A DNA stretch of 64,000 bases from an archaeon (GTDB lineage: Archaea > Nanobdellota > Nanobdellia > Pacearchaeales > GW2011-AR1): contig DAHWKL010000002.1 of NCBI GenBank assembly GCA_027343665.1, positions 45,386 through 109,385 of the forward strand, written 5' to 3'. Positions 54,345 through 63,477 of this stretch are shown one piece after another. The position numbers were made by a program, and so were the translations under genes. Positions within the stretch are counted from its first letter, which is position 1; every line of letters begins with the position of its first letter. Under the pieces are notes generated by a model, which was given only the letters and a program-made list of their open reading frames with translations, did no database searches and had not been told where the DNA came from.

Positions 54345-55720
54345 TCCTCCTTCTCTTCCACCAAACTATCCGCGACTTCAGACAGTGTCGGGTGGATGTG
54401 AATTATCTCTTTGAGCTGTGCGACAGTTGCGCCGCAGTTTATCAAAGCGCTGAACTCCCCTATCAAGTCGTCTGAATTCGCCCCTATCATCTGTGCCCCA
54501 AGAATCTTCTTTGTCTTTTTATCAAACCATACCTTCAAAATGCCTTCAGGCTCTCCAATTATCCCTGCACGCGCAGCTCGGGAAAAATGAGCCTTCAGTA
54601 TCCCTGTTCCTGATTTATTCTCAGTCGCACCTACACCTGAAATCGGAGGATTAACAAAAGCTGCCCACGGAATAGCATTTGTATTAAATTTCCTCTTAAT
54701 TTTTCCGAAAGCATTTGAAAGCGCTATCTGACCTTCTCTTTTTGCAGTATGTGCAAATAAGAATTTCCCTGTGATATCTCCTACAGCGTATATTCCCTTG
54801 CATGAAGTTTCAAGGTTATCATTCACTTTTATCGCGGCTCTCTCATCAACTTCGACTTTTGTCTTGTCAAGATGCAATTCAAAACTTGAGGGTATTCTTC
54901 CCGTGGCGACAAAAACTATATCTCCCAAGACAGAATTCTCTTTTCCGTCTTTATCCGTGAAAAAGACCTTCTCTTGGCTTTCTTCCTGTGACACTTTGGA
55001 GATTCTCACGCTTGTCATTATTGAAAAATTGTTATTTACATATTTTTTGAGCAGAACTTCACGAATCTCGTCATCCACGACGCCAAGCACTTTGTCCATC
55101 CCTTCCAAGATAGTTATTTTGCAACCCAACTCCGAGAAGAAAGTTGCAAATTCAAAACCGATGTAACCCCCTCCGATTATAATCATTGATGACGGGAATT
55201 TTTCAAGATTCAGGATATCTTCCTTTGAGCTATTGGGCGTTCCGCTTACAAGGTAATCTATATCCTGAAGACCGGGAATTGGAGGAACATGAGGTTTGGA
55301 ACCGGTAGCGATGATTATTTTTTTCCCCATGATTTCTTTATCACCAACTTTGATCTTCTTCAAACCCGTGAAAACAGCATGCTCTTTGAAAATTTTCAGA
55401 TATTGGCTGTTCAAACCCAACTCGACACCTTTCCTTGAACCGTCAACTATGCTCTTTGCTCTTTTCATAATCTGTGAAAAGTTCACTTGAGCATTTTCAA
55501 CAGAAATTCCGAATTCATCTGAGCGTTTTATCTCCGAAAAAAGATGTGAAGAGAAAAGCAAAGTCTTTGTGGGGATGCAACCAGTATTGAGGCAGATCCC
55601 CCCCATGAAGTTAGGTTCAACAAGGGCCGTCTTTAATTGCATTTTAGTTGATTCAAAAGCTATCTCGACACCTGCGGTACCGCCACCAATTATGATAAGA
55701 TCAAATTCATCCTCTTTCAT
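54341..55720 (-). CDS. lpdA: dihydrolipoamide dehydrogenase E3
   Basis: IIGGGTAGVE, redox disulfide GGICLNTGCIPTK, C-terminal HIHPTLSE. Confidence 0.9.
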   Translation of the reverse strand: MKEDEFDLIIIGGGTAGVEIAFESTKMQLKTALVEPNFMGGICLNTGCIPTKTLLFSSHLFSEIKRSDEFGISVENAQVNFSQIMKRAKSIVDGSRKGVELGLNSQYLKIFKEHAVFTGLKKIKVGDKEIMGKKIIIATGSKPHVPPIPGLQDIDYLVSGTPNSSKEDILNLEKFPSSMIIIGGGYIGFEFATFFSELGCKITILEGMDKVLGVVDDEIREVLLKKYVNNNFSIMTSVRISKVSQEESQEKVFFTDKDGKENSVLGDIVFVATGRIPSSFELHLDKTKVEVDERAAIKVNDNLETSCKGIYAVGDITGKFLFAHTAKREGQIALSNAFGKIKRKFNTNAIPWAAFVNPPISGVGATENKSGTGILKAHFSRAARAGIIGEPEGILKVWFDKKTKKILGAQMIGANSDDLIGEFSALINCGATVAQLKEIIHIHPTLSEVADSLVEEKED

Positions 55721-55751
55721 TTTTTAAAAAAGAGGGCTGAGTTTATATTAT

Positions 55752-57170
55752 TTATGAATAAGATTTAACTTTCTTTTCTTCTCTCCAGAAAAGTCTGTAA
55801 AGTTTCAGTTTATCTGGGATCTGGTTGACATAAGGAATCCACGGAAGAGTTGCGAGCAGTAGTATGAATATCCCTATAATCAAACCACCATCTGCATCTT
55901 GATTCGGATCATTTTTTAAGATAGTATTGTCAAGCAGGTTAAACGGATACATCCACCATGAATTTGGGGGATAGATTCCTGCCCCTTCTTCATCCTTTAT
56001 CATCCCATAATTCTCAAGACTCAATCCCAAACTTTCAGCTTTTGCATCCATATAACCAGTATCCAAAAGTAATCTATCTTTGTAAGTCGGATTGTCACCC
56101 GTAGAAATACTTTTGAGATAAGAGTCGTACATTCCATTCTGACCCATGATTGTGAGCGCACTTGCAATTGAAATAAGAGGATTGCTGCTTAAGACATTTA
56201 TCGAACCGTTTTGTGCGAAATATGAATTTGCCTCATCAATTACTGAATTCTGAAGAGCTGATGAATCCGACGCAGCGTTTGGAAATGTCTTTGCACTATT
56301 CTCTATCTGGATATACTCATTGTATGGTTCGGTTACATAGACTGTTCTGGTGTTAAAAGTATAAGGATCCACAGTATTTTGATATGTCGCTGTGCTGGAA
56401 GTGTGATTGTATTCTGCAATTAAAGTTTGAGCGAATGTCGAAGGATTTTGTGTGGAAATTTCCTTCACTGTAACTGACGGAAGAAAAGGAGAAGGGATAA
56501 GAAATCCCAATATAAGAACAACCACAACAACGATTAAAGCTCTTAAATAAAGAGAATTATGATTGGCTTCGACCATTTTGTATTTCACAGTTTTTTTGTA
56601 GGGCTTAGAAATTCCTCTTGCTCTTACAATCCCATAATGCAAGATTACAAGCAAAATAACAAAAAGAGGGATTATCAAAATATGTATCCCAAATATTTGC
56701 GAATAATTCAACGGATTTATCATATGCCCAAAAAGATTCCCGTTCCAGAAATCGGCTCCTTGAAGGGCTCTCCATTGAGATGAGAAATCTCCCCTCAATG
56801 AAAATCCAAATTCTGTTTGAATTATAAAAAGTATGAACAACAAACTGCCTGCAACCCAAACAAGTTTCTTTTTCTTAAAAGCTGACGTGGAAGACGTAAC
56901 AATAAGATGAAGCAGCAAAAAAAGTATGAAAGCTTCAGCAGCCCACATATGAATACTTCGCAGATAAATTCCAAAAGAGCTTGTGAGCCACCACGGCTTG
57001 TTGAAAAAGACCATTATTGTTCCAGTTACTCCTAAAAGTATAAAGAGGGCTATCAGGATAAATCCAAAAGAATAAAAGATGGTGTTCCCGTAAGAGGGAA
57101 CCTTATTTATGTAGACATTATCATGAAAAAATTTTTTGGTTGCATAAACAAACCCGTTTTTCTCACCCAT
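55752..57170 (-). CDS. dihaem cytochrome b-family membrane protein with a large extracytoplasmic insertion
   Basis: His pairs SIHMWAAEAFILFLLLH (14 apart) and IHILIIPLFVILLVILH (15 apart) in helices 2 and 4. A fifth TM, a soluble region of about 200 aa, a PEWY-like NSWWMYPF, then a final TM. Confidence 0.65.
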   Translation of the reverse strand: MGEKNGFVYATKKFFHDNVYINKVPSYGNTIFYSFGFILIALFILLGVTGTIMVFFNKPWWLTSSFGIYLRSIHMWAAEAFILFLLLHLIVTSSTSAFKKKKLVWVAGSLLFILFIIQTEFGFSLRGDFSSQWRALQGADFWNGNLFGHMINPLNYSQIFGIHILIIPLFVILLVILHYGIVRARGISKPYKKTVKYKMVEANHNSLYLRALIVVVVVLILGFLIPSPFLPSVTVKEISTQNPSTFAQTLIAEYNHTSSTATYQNTVDPYTFNTRTVYVTEPYNEYIQIENSAKTFPNAASDSSALQNSVIDEANSYFAQNGSINVLSSNPLISIASALTIMGQNGMYDSYLKSISTGDNPTYKDRLLLDTGYMDAKAESLGLSLENYGMIKDEEGAGIYPPNSWWMYPFNLLDNTILKNDPNQDADGGLIIGIFILLLATLPWIPYVNQIPDKLKLYRLFWREEKKVKSYS

Positions 57171-57280
57171 TTTATGCAGAAGGAAATAACATTTATATTA
57201 TTTACCCTGCCAACTCCAGTCTATGAATTTATTTTCATGTATACAGAAATCTTATAAAACTCCTTTTCTTCAAAAGATAA

Positions 57281-58327
57281 ATGAAAAAAGTAGTGATAAT
57301 AGGGGGTGGTTTCACAGGAAGTAAAGTTGCAAAATCTCTTGAGAATGAGTTTGATGTAACACTAATAGATACAAAAAACTATTTCGAATTTACCCCTTCC
57401 GTCTTAAGTGCAATAACAGATCCTACTTCGATAGATAATATCCAGCTGATGCACCTTCATTATCTAAAAAAAGCGAAGCTGATTGTAGGTAAAGTGGAAA
57501 AGATATCTGAAAAAGAGGTATTTGTAGATAAAAGAAAGATCGCATTTGATTATCTTGTTATTAGCTCGGGATCAAAATACAGTTTCCCATTCAAAGAGCA
57601 TGATGCTCTCATGACAAACAGGGCAAACAGACTGAGAGCTCATTACTCAGATCTTCAAAACTCAAAAAATATACTCATAATCGGTGGAGGATTATCAGGC
57701 GTCGAACTTGCGGGAGAAATTGTTACCAAGTACAAAGACAAAATAATAACAGTCGTACACGCTATGGATAGGTTAATAGAAAGACAACCTTTGAAGGCAA
57801 GCAGGTATGTACAAAAATTTCTTGAGAAAAACAGAGTCAAGATTATATTCAATGAGATGATAAAAGGAAGCAAAAGAATCGGGAACGATGAGGAATTTTT
57901 TACGGACAAAGGAACAAGAATAAAATCAGAACTTGCATTTCTTTGCGTGGGCATCACGCCAAATTCTGAATTCATGAAAAAAAGTTTTCCAAAACTTATA
58001 GACGGAAAAGGGTATATATCAACAGATGAATTTCTTAATCTGAAAGGGTTCAAGAATATATTTGTGGGAGGAGATGTGACTGATATAAAAGAAGAAAAAA
58101 CAGCTCGGGTGTCTTTGGAGCATGCGGAAATCATAAAGAAAAACTTGATCAATCTTGAAAAGAATAAACCTCTTGAGAGATACAAACATAAAGAGAGAGC
58201 TATGCTTCTAAGTTTAGGAAATCATAAAGGAATCTTGACTTACAAAAAATTTGTAATGAAGGGATTCATCCCGCGCATGATAAAAAAACATGTGCAGAAC
58301 AAAGAGATGAGGTGGCTCAAAAAATAA
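57281..58327 (+). CDS. NDH-2/AIF-family FAD-dependent NAD(P)H:quinone oxidoreductase-like flavoprotein
   Basis: Two dinucleotide folds: VVIIGGGFTGSKVA and ILIIGGGLSGVELA. Confidence 0.65.
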   Translation: MKKVVIIGGGFTGSKVAKSLENEFDVTLIDTKNYFEFTPSVLSAITDPTSIDNIQLMHLHYLKKAKLIVGKVEKISEKEVFVDKRKIAFDYLVISSGSKYSFPFKEHDALMTNRANRLRAHYSDLQNSKNILIIGGGLSGVELAGEIVTKYKDKIITVVHAMDRLIERQPLKASRYVQKFLEKNRVKIIFNEMIKGSKRIGNDEEFFTDKGTRIKSELAFLCVGITPNSEFMKKSFPKLIDGKGYISTDEFLNLKGFKNIFVGGDVTDIKEEKTARVSLEHAEIIKKNLINLEKNKPLERYKHKERAMLLSLGNHKGILTYKKFVMKGFIPRMIKKHVQNKEMRWLKK

Positions 58328-58328
58328 G

Positions 58329-58817
58329 ATGAAAGAACTAAAATGGAAACCGTTTTGGGCAATATTGAGAATCTCGGCAGGTTTCATATTCATGTGGCCT
58401 TTTTTAGACAAGCTTTTTGGCCTTGGAATGACAACAGCGCCGGGAAAATCATGGCTTGCCGGAGGCTCACCTACAGTAGGGTTCCTTTCAGGAACAAGCG
58501 GAACATTTTCATGGATTTTCCACCCAATAGCACAAAGCCAGATTGTGACTTGGCTCTTCATGTTAGGACTCCTTTTTGTCGGGATAACTTTCATATTAGG
58601 AATAGCGCTAAAACCCGGAGCTATAGCCGGAACAATAATGCTCTTTTTGATGTGGCTCTCAGTCTTCCCCCCCTCAGGAAATCCCTTTATGGATTATCAT
58701 TGGTTCTATGCTTTTGCCCTGATAACTTCCGCATTAATTGGTTCTGGGAATTATTTCGGCCTTGGCAAATGGTGGAAAGAGTTAGATTTTGTGAGAAAAT
58801 TTAAAATACTCGAATAA
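58329..58817 (+). CDS. DoxX-family membrane protein
   Basis: Four TM segments with a WAILRISAGFIFMWPFLDKLFG N-terminus. Preferred over the other-frame ORF 58343..58804. Confidence 0.6.
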   Translation: MKELKWKPFWAILRISAGFIFMWPFLDKLFGLGMTTAPGKSWLAGGSPTVGFLSGTSGTFSWIFHPIAQSQIVTWLFMLGLLFVGITFILGIALKPGAIAGTIMLFLMWLSVFPPSGNPFMDYHWFYAFALITSALIGSGNYFGLGKWWKELDFVRKFKILE

Positions 58818-58844
58818 GAAAATGCAAAAGAAGGTAGATATCCA

Positions 58845-59285
58845 ATGTCTCAACGAAGAATAATTTCTCTGATAAATCCCATCCTTTCAAAAAAAAGTCT
58901 CTCACATAAATTATCACCCGAGATTATGGATGAATTTGGAGCAAATATGGATACGATAGCCGAAGATTATTTATTTATTCAGGCATTGGATGAACCCGGA
59001 GCAATTTTAAACCTCCGGAACAAATCAGACCTGCTAATAAATTGGTATAAGATACTTTCCAGAAGGTATGCTTCTTCAACAATAGTTAATTATGAGCTCT
59101 CCAAAAAAAGGATTGTAAGCTTTATCTCGAACAACATCCCTATAACTTTTATGAAAAATCCGACTCAAGCAACTATGAATGGAAATTCTGATCTTTGGAC
59201 AGCTAAACTATATAAGGAAATGCACGAAGATTATATGCAAATTTTAGTCCTGGACGCAAAAGCCTCGCTCAGAAGGGGGCTTTGA
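58845..59285 (+). CDS. hypothetical protein
   Basis: 146-aa non-repetitive ORF. Its 3' end overlaps the convergent signal-peptidase gene by 42 nt. Confidence 0.45.
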   Translation: MSQRRIISLINPILSKKSLSHKLSPEIMDEFGANMDTIAEDYLFIQALDEPGAILNLRNKSDLLINWYKILSRRYASSTIVNYELSKKRIVSFISNNIPITFMKNPTQATMNGNSDLWTAKLYKEMHEDYMQILVLDAKASLRRGL

Positions 59286-59873
59286 GCCTTCAAAGAAAAC
59301 TAGTTTTATCCATCCTACATAAGGCAACACCAATGCCCTTGGCTCCCCCACAATCTGATTTTGATTTATATTTTCTTCCACTGAAAGTTGGCCATTGTTA
59401 TTATCTCCCTCAGTTGAAAAAAAGTAAGTTCCATTTTCATCCTTTATACTCATTACTCTATGGATTATCGGGGCACTCATATCCGCATTGAAAATAATTA
59501 TATCACCAACCCTAACATCAGCAGGGCTTACACCAGTTACGAAGAGTATATCTCCTTTGTTCAATCCGTTCTTAAACGGAAAAGCCATGAACTCACTCTC
59601 ATTTATCCCTCGGGGGGTGTATTTCCATGCATGCGAAATCCACCAGTCATTAAAATTTGCAAAAAGTTCCCCGCCCTGATGATACATCGAACAAGATTCC
59701 ACGATAACTAAAGGAAGAGAAGTCCCGGTTGCGAGAGAAAGCAAAGGGAAAAAAATACCCCTTATAATTATGAGAAGAAAAACAAGGGAGATTATCCATC
59801 CCTTGATGGAATCATCTTTCCATACAACAAACCAGAACTTTTTCCAGAACTTTTTCCACTTCTCTTTATTCAT
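59244..59873 (-). CDS. signal peptidase I, archaeal/Sec11 type (S26B)
   Basis: ORF 59244..59942. ATG 59873 gives the MNKEKWKKFW...TM anchor. VESCSMYH (Ser), GDIIIFN, IIHRV (His), TEGDNNNGQ. Confidence 0.8.
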   Translation of the reverse strand: MNKEKWKKFWKKFWFVVWKDDSIKGWIISLVFLLIIIRGIFFPLLSLATGTSLPLVIVESCSMYHQGGELFANFNDWWISHAWKYTPRGINESEFMAFPFKNGLNKGDILFVTGVSPADVRVGDIIIFNADMSAPIIHRVMSIKDENGTYFFSTEGDNNNGQLSVEENINQNQIVGEPRALVLPYVGWIKLVFFEGSKPPSERGFCVQD

Positions 59874-59918
59874 TTTTCCTAAAAGACTCTTTGGGTTTTT
59901 AAGTCTGGCGGATTTGAG

Positions 59919-59975
59919 GGCTTTGCACAATAAATTTATCACTTTTTGTGCAAGAATTACTTATTGTGCAAAGCC
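59919..59975. repeat. 57-bp element with perfect 15-bp terminal inverted repeats (GGCTTTGCACAATAA/TTATTGTGCAAAGCC), flanked by 9-bp direct repeats GGATTTGAG (59910-59918, 59976-59984); MITE-like
   Basis: All repeats read directly. A third TTGTGCAA copy lies at 59946-59953. Located between divergent genes. Confidence 0.5.
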
Positions 59976-60020
59976 GGATTTGAGAGTCTAATTTTTAAAC
60001 TCAGGATCATTTATTTTTGG

Positions 60021-60182
60021 ATGAAAAAGGTGAAAGATGCCCTTTTAAAAAAAGCAGTGATTGCCGGAGCTTCAGCAGCGTTAAAATCAAAGGAGAGAAA
60101 TCCGAGATACTCTGATGAAGATGCGCTTGAAGAAGTGATAAGAAATTCCAAAGGGATAATAAATGAGATTGACAAAGACTAA
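60021..60182 (+). CDS. small hypothetical protein (53 aa)
   Basis: ORF 59946..60182. ATG 60021 lies about 22 nt after ATTTTTAAA. Product MKKVKDALLKKAVIAGASAALKSKERNPRYSDEDALEEVIR. Confidence 0.4.
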   Translation: MKKVKDALLKKAVIAGASAALKSKERNPRYSDEDALEEVIRNSKGIINEIDKD

Positions 60183-60250
60183 ATTTTGATTGGTAACATA
60201 ATATTTGCATAAGTCCGTAAAGTTTTTAAATATACACATCATGTATACAC

Positions 60251-60775
60251 ATGCAAGATATATTTGATCATAAGATTCTGTGCGGGAAATGCGGGAAAGA
60301 GATGCAGAATTCTCTTATGAGCAAGAATGGATTTAACTTAAGAATCAAGAAATGCAACTCATGCGGTAATATCATCATACACCCTGAAGACAACGTTGAA
60401 TACGAGAATTTCATAAAGCTGAAGAAAAAAGAGTATGAAGTCAAAATGAGGATGGTCGGGAATTCCTATGCGGTATCTATTCCCCGCGAAATCGTCGATT
60501 TCATGAGAGAACAGGAGAATATGGTTAATGATATGGTGAGACTTTCTTTTCAGGATTTCGGAAGACTCAATCTTATGTTCAATACTGAAAACACCGACGG
60601 ATATCCTAATGTGAATTCCCGGGTCGTAAAGGCAAAGGAGATAAAAATAATCAAAAATAATAGCCCTGTTCTTCATGCAAGACAGTTCAGTGATTCGGCT
60701 CATCCTGAACGGAACAGAACAGAAATATTTAAGGACTCAAAAAGAATAAAAAAAGAAGGTGATAAGGAGAATTAA
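60251..60775 (+). CDS. zinc-ribbon + AbrB/SpoVT-like DNA-binding protein
   Basis: CGKCGKEM...CNSCGN followed by [22 protein letters not shown] (swapped-hairpin motif). Confidence 0.5.
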   Translation: MQDIFDHKILCGKCGKEMQNSLMSKNGFNLRIKKCNSCGNIIIHPEDNVEYENFIKLKKKEYEVKMRMVGNSYAVSIPREIVDFMREQENMVNDMVRLSFQDFGRLNLMFNTENTDGYPNVNSRVVKAKEIKIIKNNSPVLHARQFSDSAHPERNRTEIFKDSKRIKKEGDKEN

Positions 60776-60777
60776 AG

Positions 60778-63090
60778 ATGGCTGATAAAGAAGATAAGAA
60801 AAAAGAATTGAAACTCAAAGTTGTCGAGGCTCTGCAGGATGATGCTTACAAAGGAATAGCAAGACTTGACATTGAACTGATGAAAGAAATAGATGTAAAG
60901 AGGGGAGATGCGATACTCATAGGGAAAAATAAATCAACAATCGCCATCGCAGACAGAGCTTACCCTGCTGATGTGGGAGAAGGGATAATAAGAATTGACG
61001 GAATATTAAGAAAAAACGCGGGAGTTTCCATAGGAGATGAAGTCACAGTAAAAAAAGCGGAGGTTAAAGAAGCCAAAAAGATAATAATTGCACCTGCACA
61101 AAAAGGAATAATGGTACAAGGCGACCCAACCGACTTAAGAAAAGGATTGCTCGGAAGAATAGTCATAAAAGGTGACACAATAGTCTTGGGGGGGGTCCAA
61201 AGAAGAAGGGATATCATGGGAGATGATATGGGCGATTTAAATGATGTCTTTGGAAATCTCGGAGATATACTCGGAGGGATGGGATTTGGAAATCTCGGAG
61301 GAGGAGTTGCACAGATAAAGTTTATTGTTGTATCCACAAGCCCAAACTGTCCCGTAATGATAACTGAAAATACAGAAGTCGTCTTGAACCCAAAAGCGAT
61401 AGAGATGATAGAAGAAAAAATACCCTCAATAAATTATGAGGATATTGGCGGACTATCTGAAGAGATAAGGAAGATAAGGGAAATGGTTGAAATTCCTATG
61501 AAGCATCCGGAAATATTCCAGAAGTTAGGTGTAAGCCCTCCGAAGGGGGTTTTGCTCCACGGTCCACCTGGAACAGGTAAAACTCTTCTTGCTAAAGCTG
61601 TCGCAAATGAGTCGGATTCTCATTTCATACTTTTAAACGGCCCTGAGATCATGAGCAAGTTTTATGGAGAGAGTGAAAAAAAGATAAGAAATATTTTTGA
61701 AGAAGCTGAGAAAAATGCACCTTCTATCATTTTTATAGATGAACTCGACGCGATAGCACCAAAGAGAGAAGAAGTTCAGGGGGAGGTTGAGAGAAGAGTG
61801 GTGTCCCAGCTTTTGACAATGATGGATGGGTTGAATTCAAGGGGGAAAGTTGTGGTAATAGGAGCTACAAATCGTATAAACTCGATTGATCCAGCTCTAA
61901 GAAGACCCGGAAGATTTGATCGTGAAATAGAAATAGGAGTTCCTGACAAAAAGGGAAGACTCGCAGTTTTGAAGATACATTCAAGAGGAATGCCCTTGGA
62001 TAAAAATGTTGACTTGGATAAGATATCTTCCATGACCCATGGTTTTGTCGGAGCCGACCTCGAAGCGCTAACAAAAGAAGCTGCAATAAATGTTTTGAGA
62101 AAAAATATAAACAAGATAAAGATGGATGATGAAGTTATCCCACATGAAGTTCTTGAAAAGCTCATAATAAGGCAGGAAGATTTCATGGAAGCTCTGAAAG
62201 TAGTGAGACCTTCGGCGATGAGAGAAGTGCTGGTTGAAACACCCAATGTAGATTGGAGTTCCGTTGGAGGACTTGATAAAATAAAACAAGAACTGAAGGA
62301 AGCTGTAGAGTGGCCTATAAAAAATCCTGAAAGTTTCAAGAGAATGGGGATAAGGCCTTCGAGAGGGATACTGCTTTATGGCCCACCTGGAACAGGTAAA
62401 ACTCTTCTTGCTAAAGCTGTCGCAAAAGAATCTGAAGCAAATTTTATACAAGTTAAAGGCCCTTCATTGCTTTCTATGTGGGTTGGTAAGTCTGAAGAAG
62501 GAATGAGAAAGGTTTTCGAAAGAGCAAGACAGGTTTCACCATGTATAATATTTTTCGATGAGATTGACGCACTGGCAGGAAAAAGAGGATATGACTCAAA
62601 CAAAGTTACTGAAAGGGTATTGAACCAGATGCTTGCAGAGATGGATGGTTTAGAAGATATAAAGGAAATACTAGTTATAGCCGCAACTAACAGACCAGAT
62701 ATGCTTGACCCCGCACTTTTAAGACCGGGGAGATTTGACAAGATTCTTCTTGTGAATGCACCTACAGAGGATGGGAGAGAGATAATCTTAAAGATACATA
62801 CTAAAAATATGCCCTTGGGAAAAGATGTCAAGATTAAGGATTTGGCAAAAGAGACTGATGGATACACAGGTGCGGATCTTGAAGCTCTTGCACGCGAAGC
62901 GGCTATGGTCGCTCTTCGTGAATCCATGAATGCAAACGAGGTCAGGAAAAAACATTTTGACGAAGCTATGAAAAAAGTGAGACCTAGCGTCACAAAGCAG
63001 TCCATAGATGTATATAAGAAGATGGAAGAACAGCTTATGAACAGCGCAAAACCTGTAGGCACCGAGAAAGGGGGTAGCTATTTCGCTTAA
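60778..63090 (+). CDS. cdc48: CDC48/VCP-type AAA+ ATPase (N domain + D1 + D2)
   Basis: Two Walker [16 protein letters not shown], Walker [11 protein letters not shown] and [10 protein letters not shown]. 770 aa. Confidence 0.9.
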   Translation: MADKEDKKKELKLKVVEALQDDAYKGIARLDIELMKEIDVKRGDAILIGKNKSTIAIADRAYPADVGEGIIRIDGILRKNAGVSIGDEVTVKKAEVKEAKKIIIAPAQKGIMVQGDPTDLRKGLLGRIVIKGDTIVLGGVQRRRDIMGDDMGDLNDVFGNLGDILGGMGFGNLGGGVAQIKFIVVSTSPNCPVMITENTEVVLNPKAIEMIEEKIPSINYEDIGGLSEEIRKIREMVEIPMKHPEIFQKLGVSPPKGVLLHGPPGTGKTLLAKAVANESDSHFILLNGPEIMSKFYGESEKKIRNIFEEAEKNAPSIIFIDELDAIAPKREEVQGEVERRVVSQLLTMMDGLNSRGKVVVIGATNRINSIDPALRRPGRFDREIEIGVPDKKGRLAVLKIHSRGMPLDKNVDLDKISSMTHGFVGADLEALTKEAAINVLRKNINKIKMDDEVIPHEVLEKLIIRQEDFMEALKVVRPSAMREVLVETPNVDWSSVGGLDKIKQELKEAVEWPIKNPESFKRMGIRPSRGILLYGPPGTGKTLLAKAVAKESEANFIQVKGPSLLSMWVGKSEEGMRKVFERARQVSPCIIFFDEIDALAGKRGYDSNKVTERVLNQMLAEMDGLEDIKEILVIAATNRPDMLDPALLRPGRFDKILLVNAPTEDGREIILKIHTKNMPLGKDVKIKDLAKETDGYTGADLEALAREAAMVALRESMNANEVRKKHFDEAMKKVRPSVTKQSIDVYKKMEEQLMNSAKPVGTEKGGSYFA

Positions 63091-63096
63091 ATTAAT

Positions 63097-63477
63097 ATGG
63101 GATTCTTCGACGACGATCCGTTTGACAGCATAATAAAAGAATTTTTTCAAGAATCCAAACCAAGAACATCTTCTTCAAGAGATGTAGTAAAGAGTGAAAG
63201 AGAAGAGAGGGCAATAGATTACATTGAAGAGGATGATAAAGTTTACTTTGTCTTTGAAATTTATGGATATTCCAAAAAAGACATAAGTGTTGAGGCAGGA
63301 AAAGGATTCGTCGAAGTTAATGCAAAGAAAAAAAATCTCGATGGAGTTCAAAGTTATCTTGCCGGGAAACTTGAAAAAGGAATCAAGATAAGAAAAAACA
63401 TTCCAAACCTTAAAATCAAAAGATATTCCTGGACTTTCAATAACGGAATACTTGAAGTGGAGGTTGAAACAAAATGA
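63097..63477 (+). CDS. Hsp20/alpha-crystallin-family small heat-shock protein
   Basis: DDKVYFVFEIYGYSKKDISVEAGKGFVEVNAKK ... NGILEVEV pattern. Confidence 0.6.
   Translation: MGFFDDDPFDSIIKEFFQESKPRTSSSRDVVKSEREERAIDYIEEDDKVYFVFEIYGYSKKDISVEAGKGFVEVNAKKKNLDGVQSYLAGKLEKGIKIRKNIPNLKIKRYSWTFNNGILEVEVETK

Noticed and set aside
57655-58185. 176-aa minus-strand ORF
   Set aside because: Antisense shadow of the NDH-2-like gene. Low-complexity S/F-rich sequence.
58343-58804. 153-aa ORF in another + frame over the DoxX gene
   Set aside because: The 58329..58817 frame gives a coherent four-TM DoxX-like protein. The alternative frame is R/F/C-rich and not protein-like.
60960-63150. Minus-strand ORFs 60960..61337, 61776..62339, 62068..62451, 62376..63062 and 62788..63150
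   Set aside because: All are antisense to cdc48 and are typical AT-rich-genome shadow ORFs.
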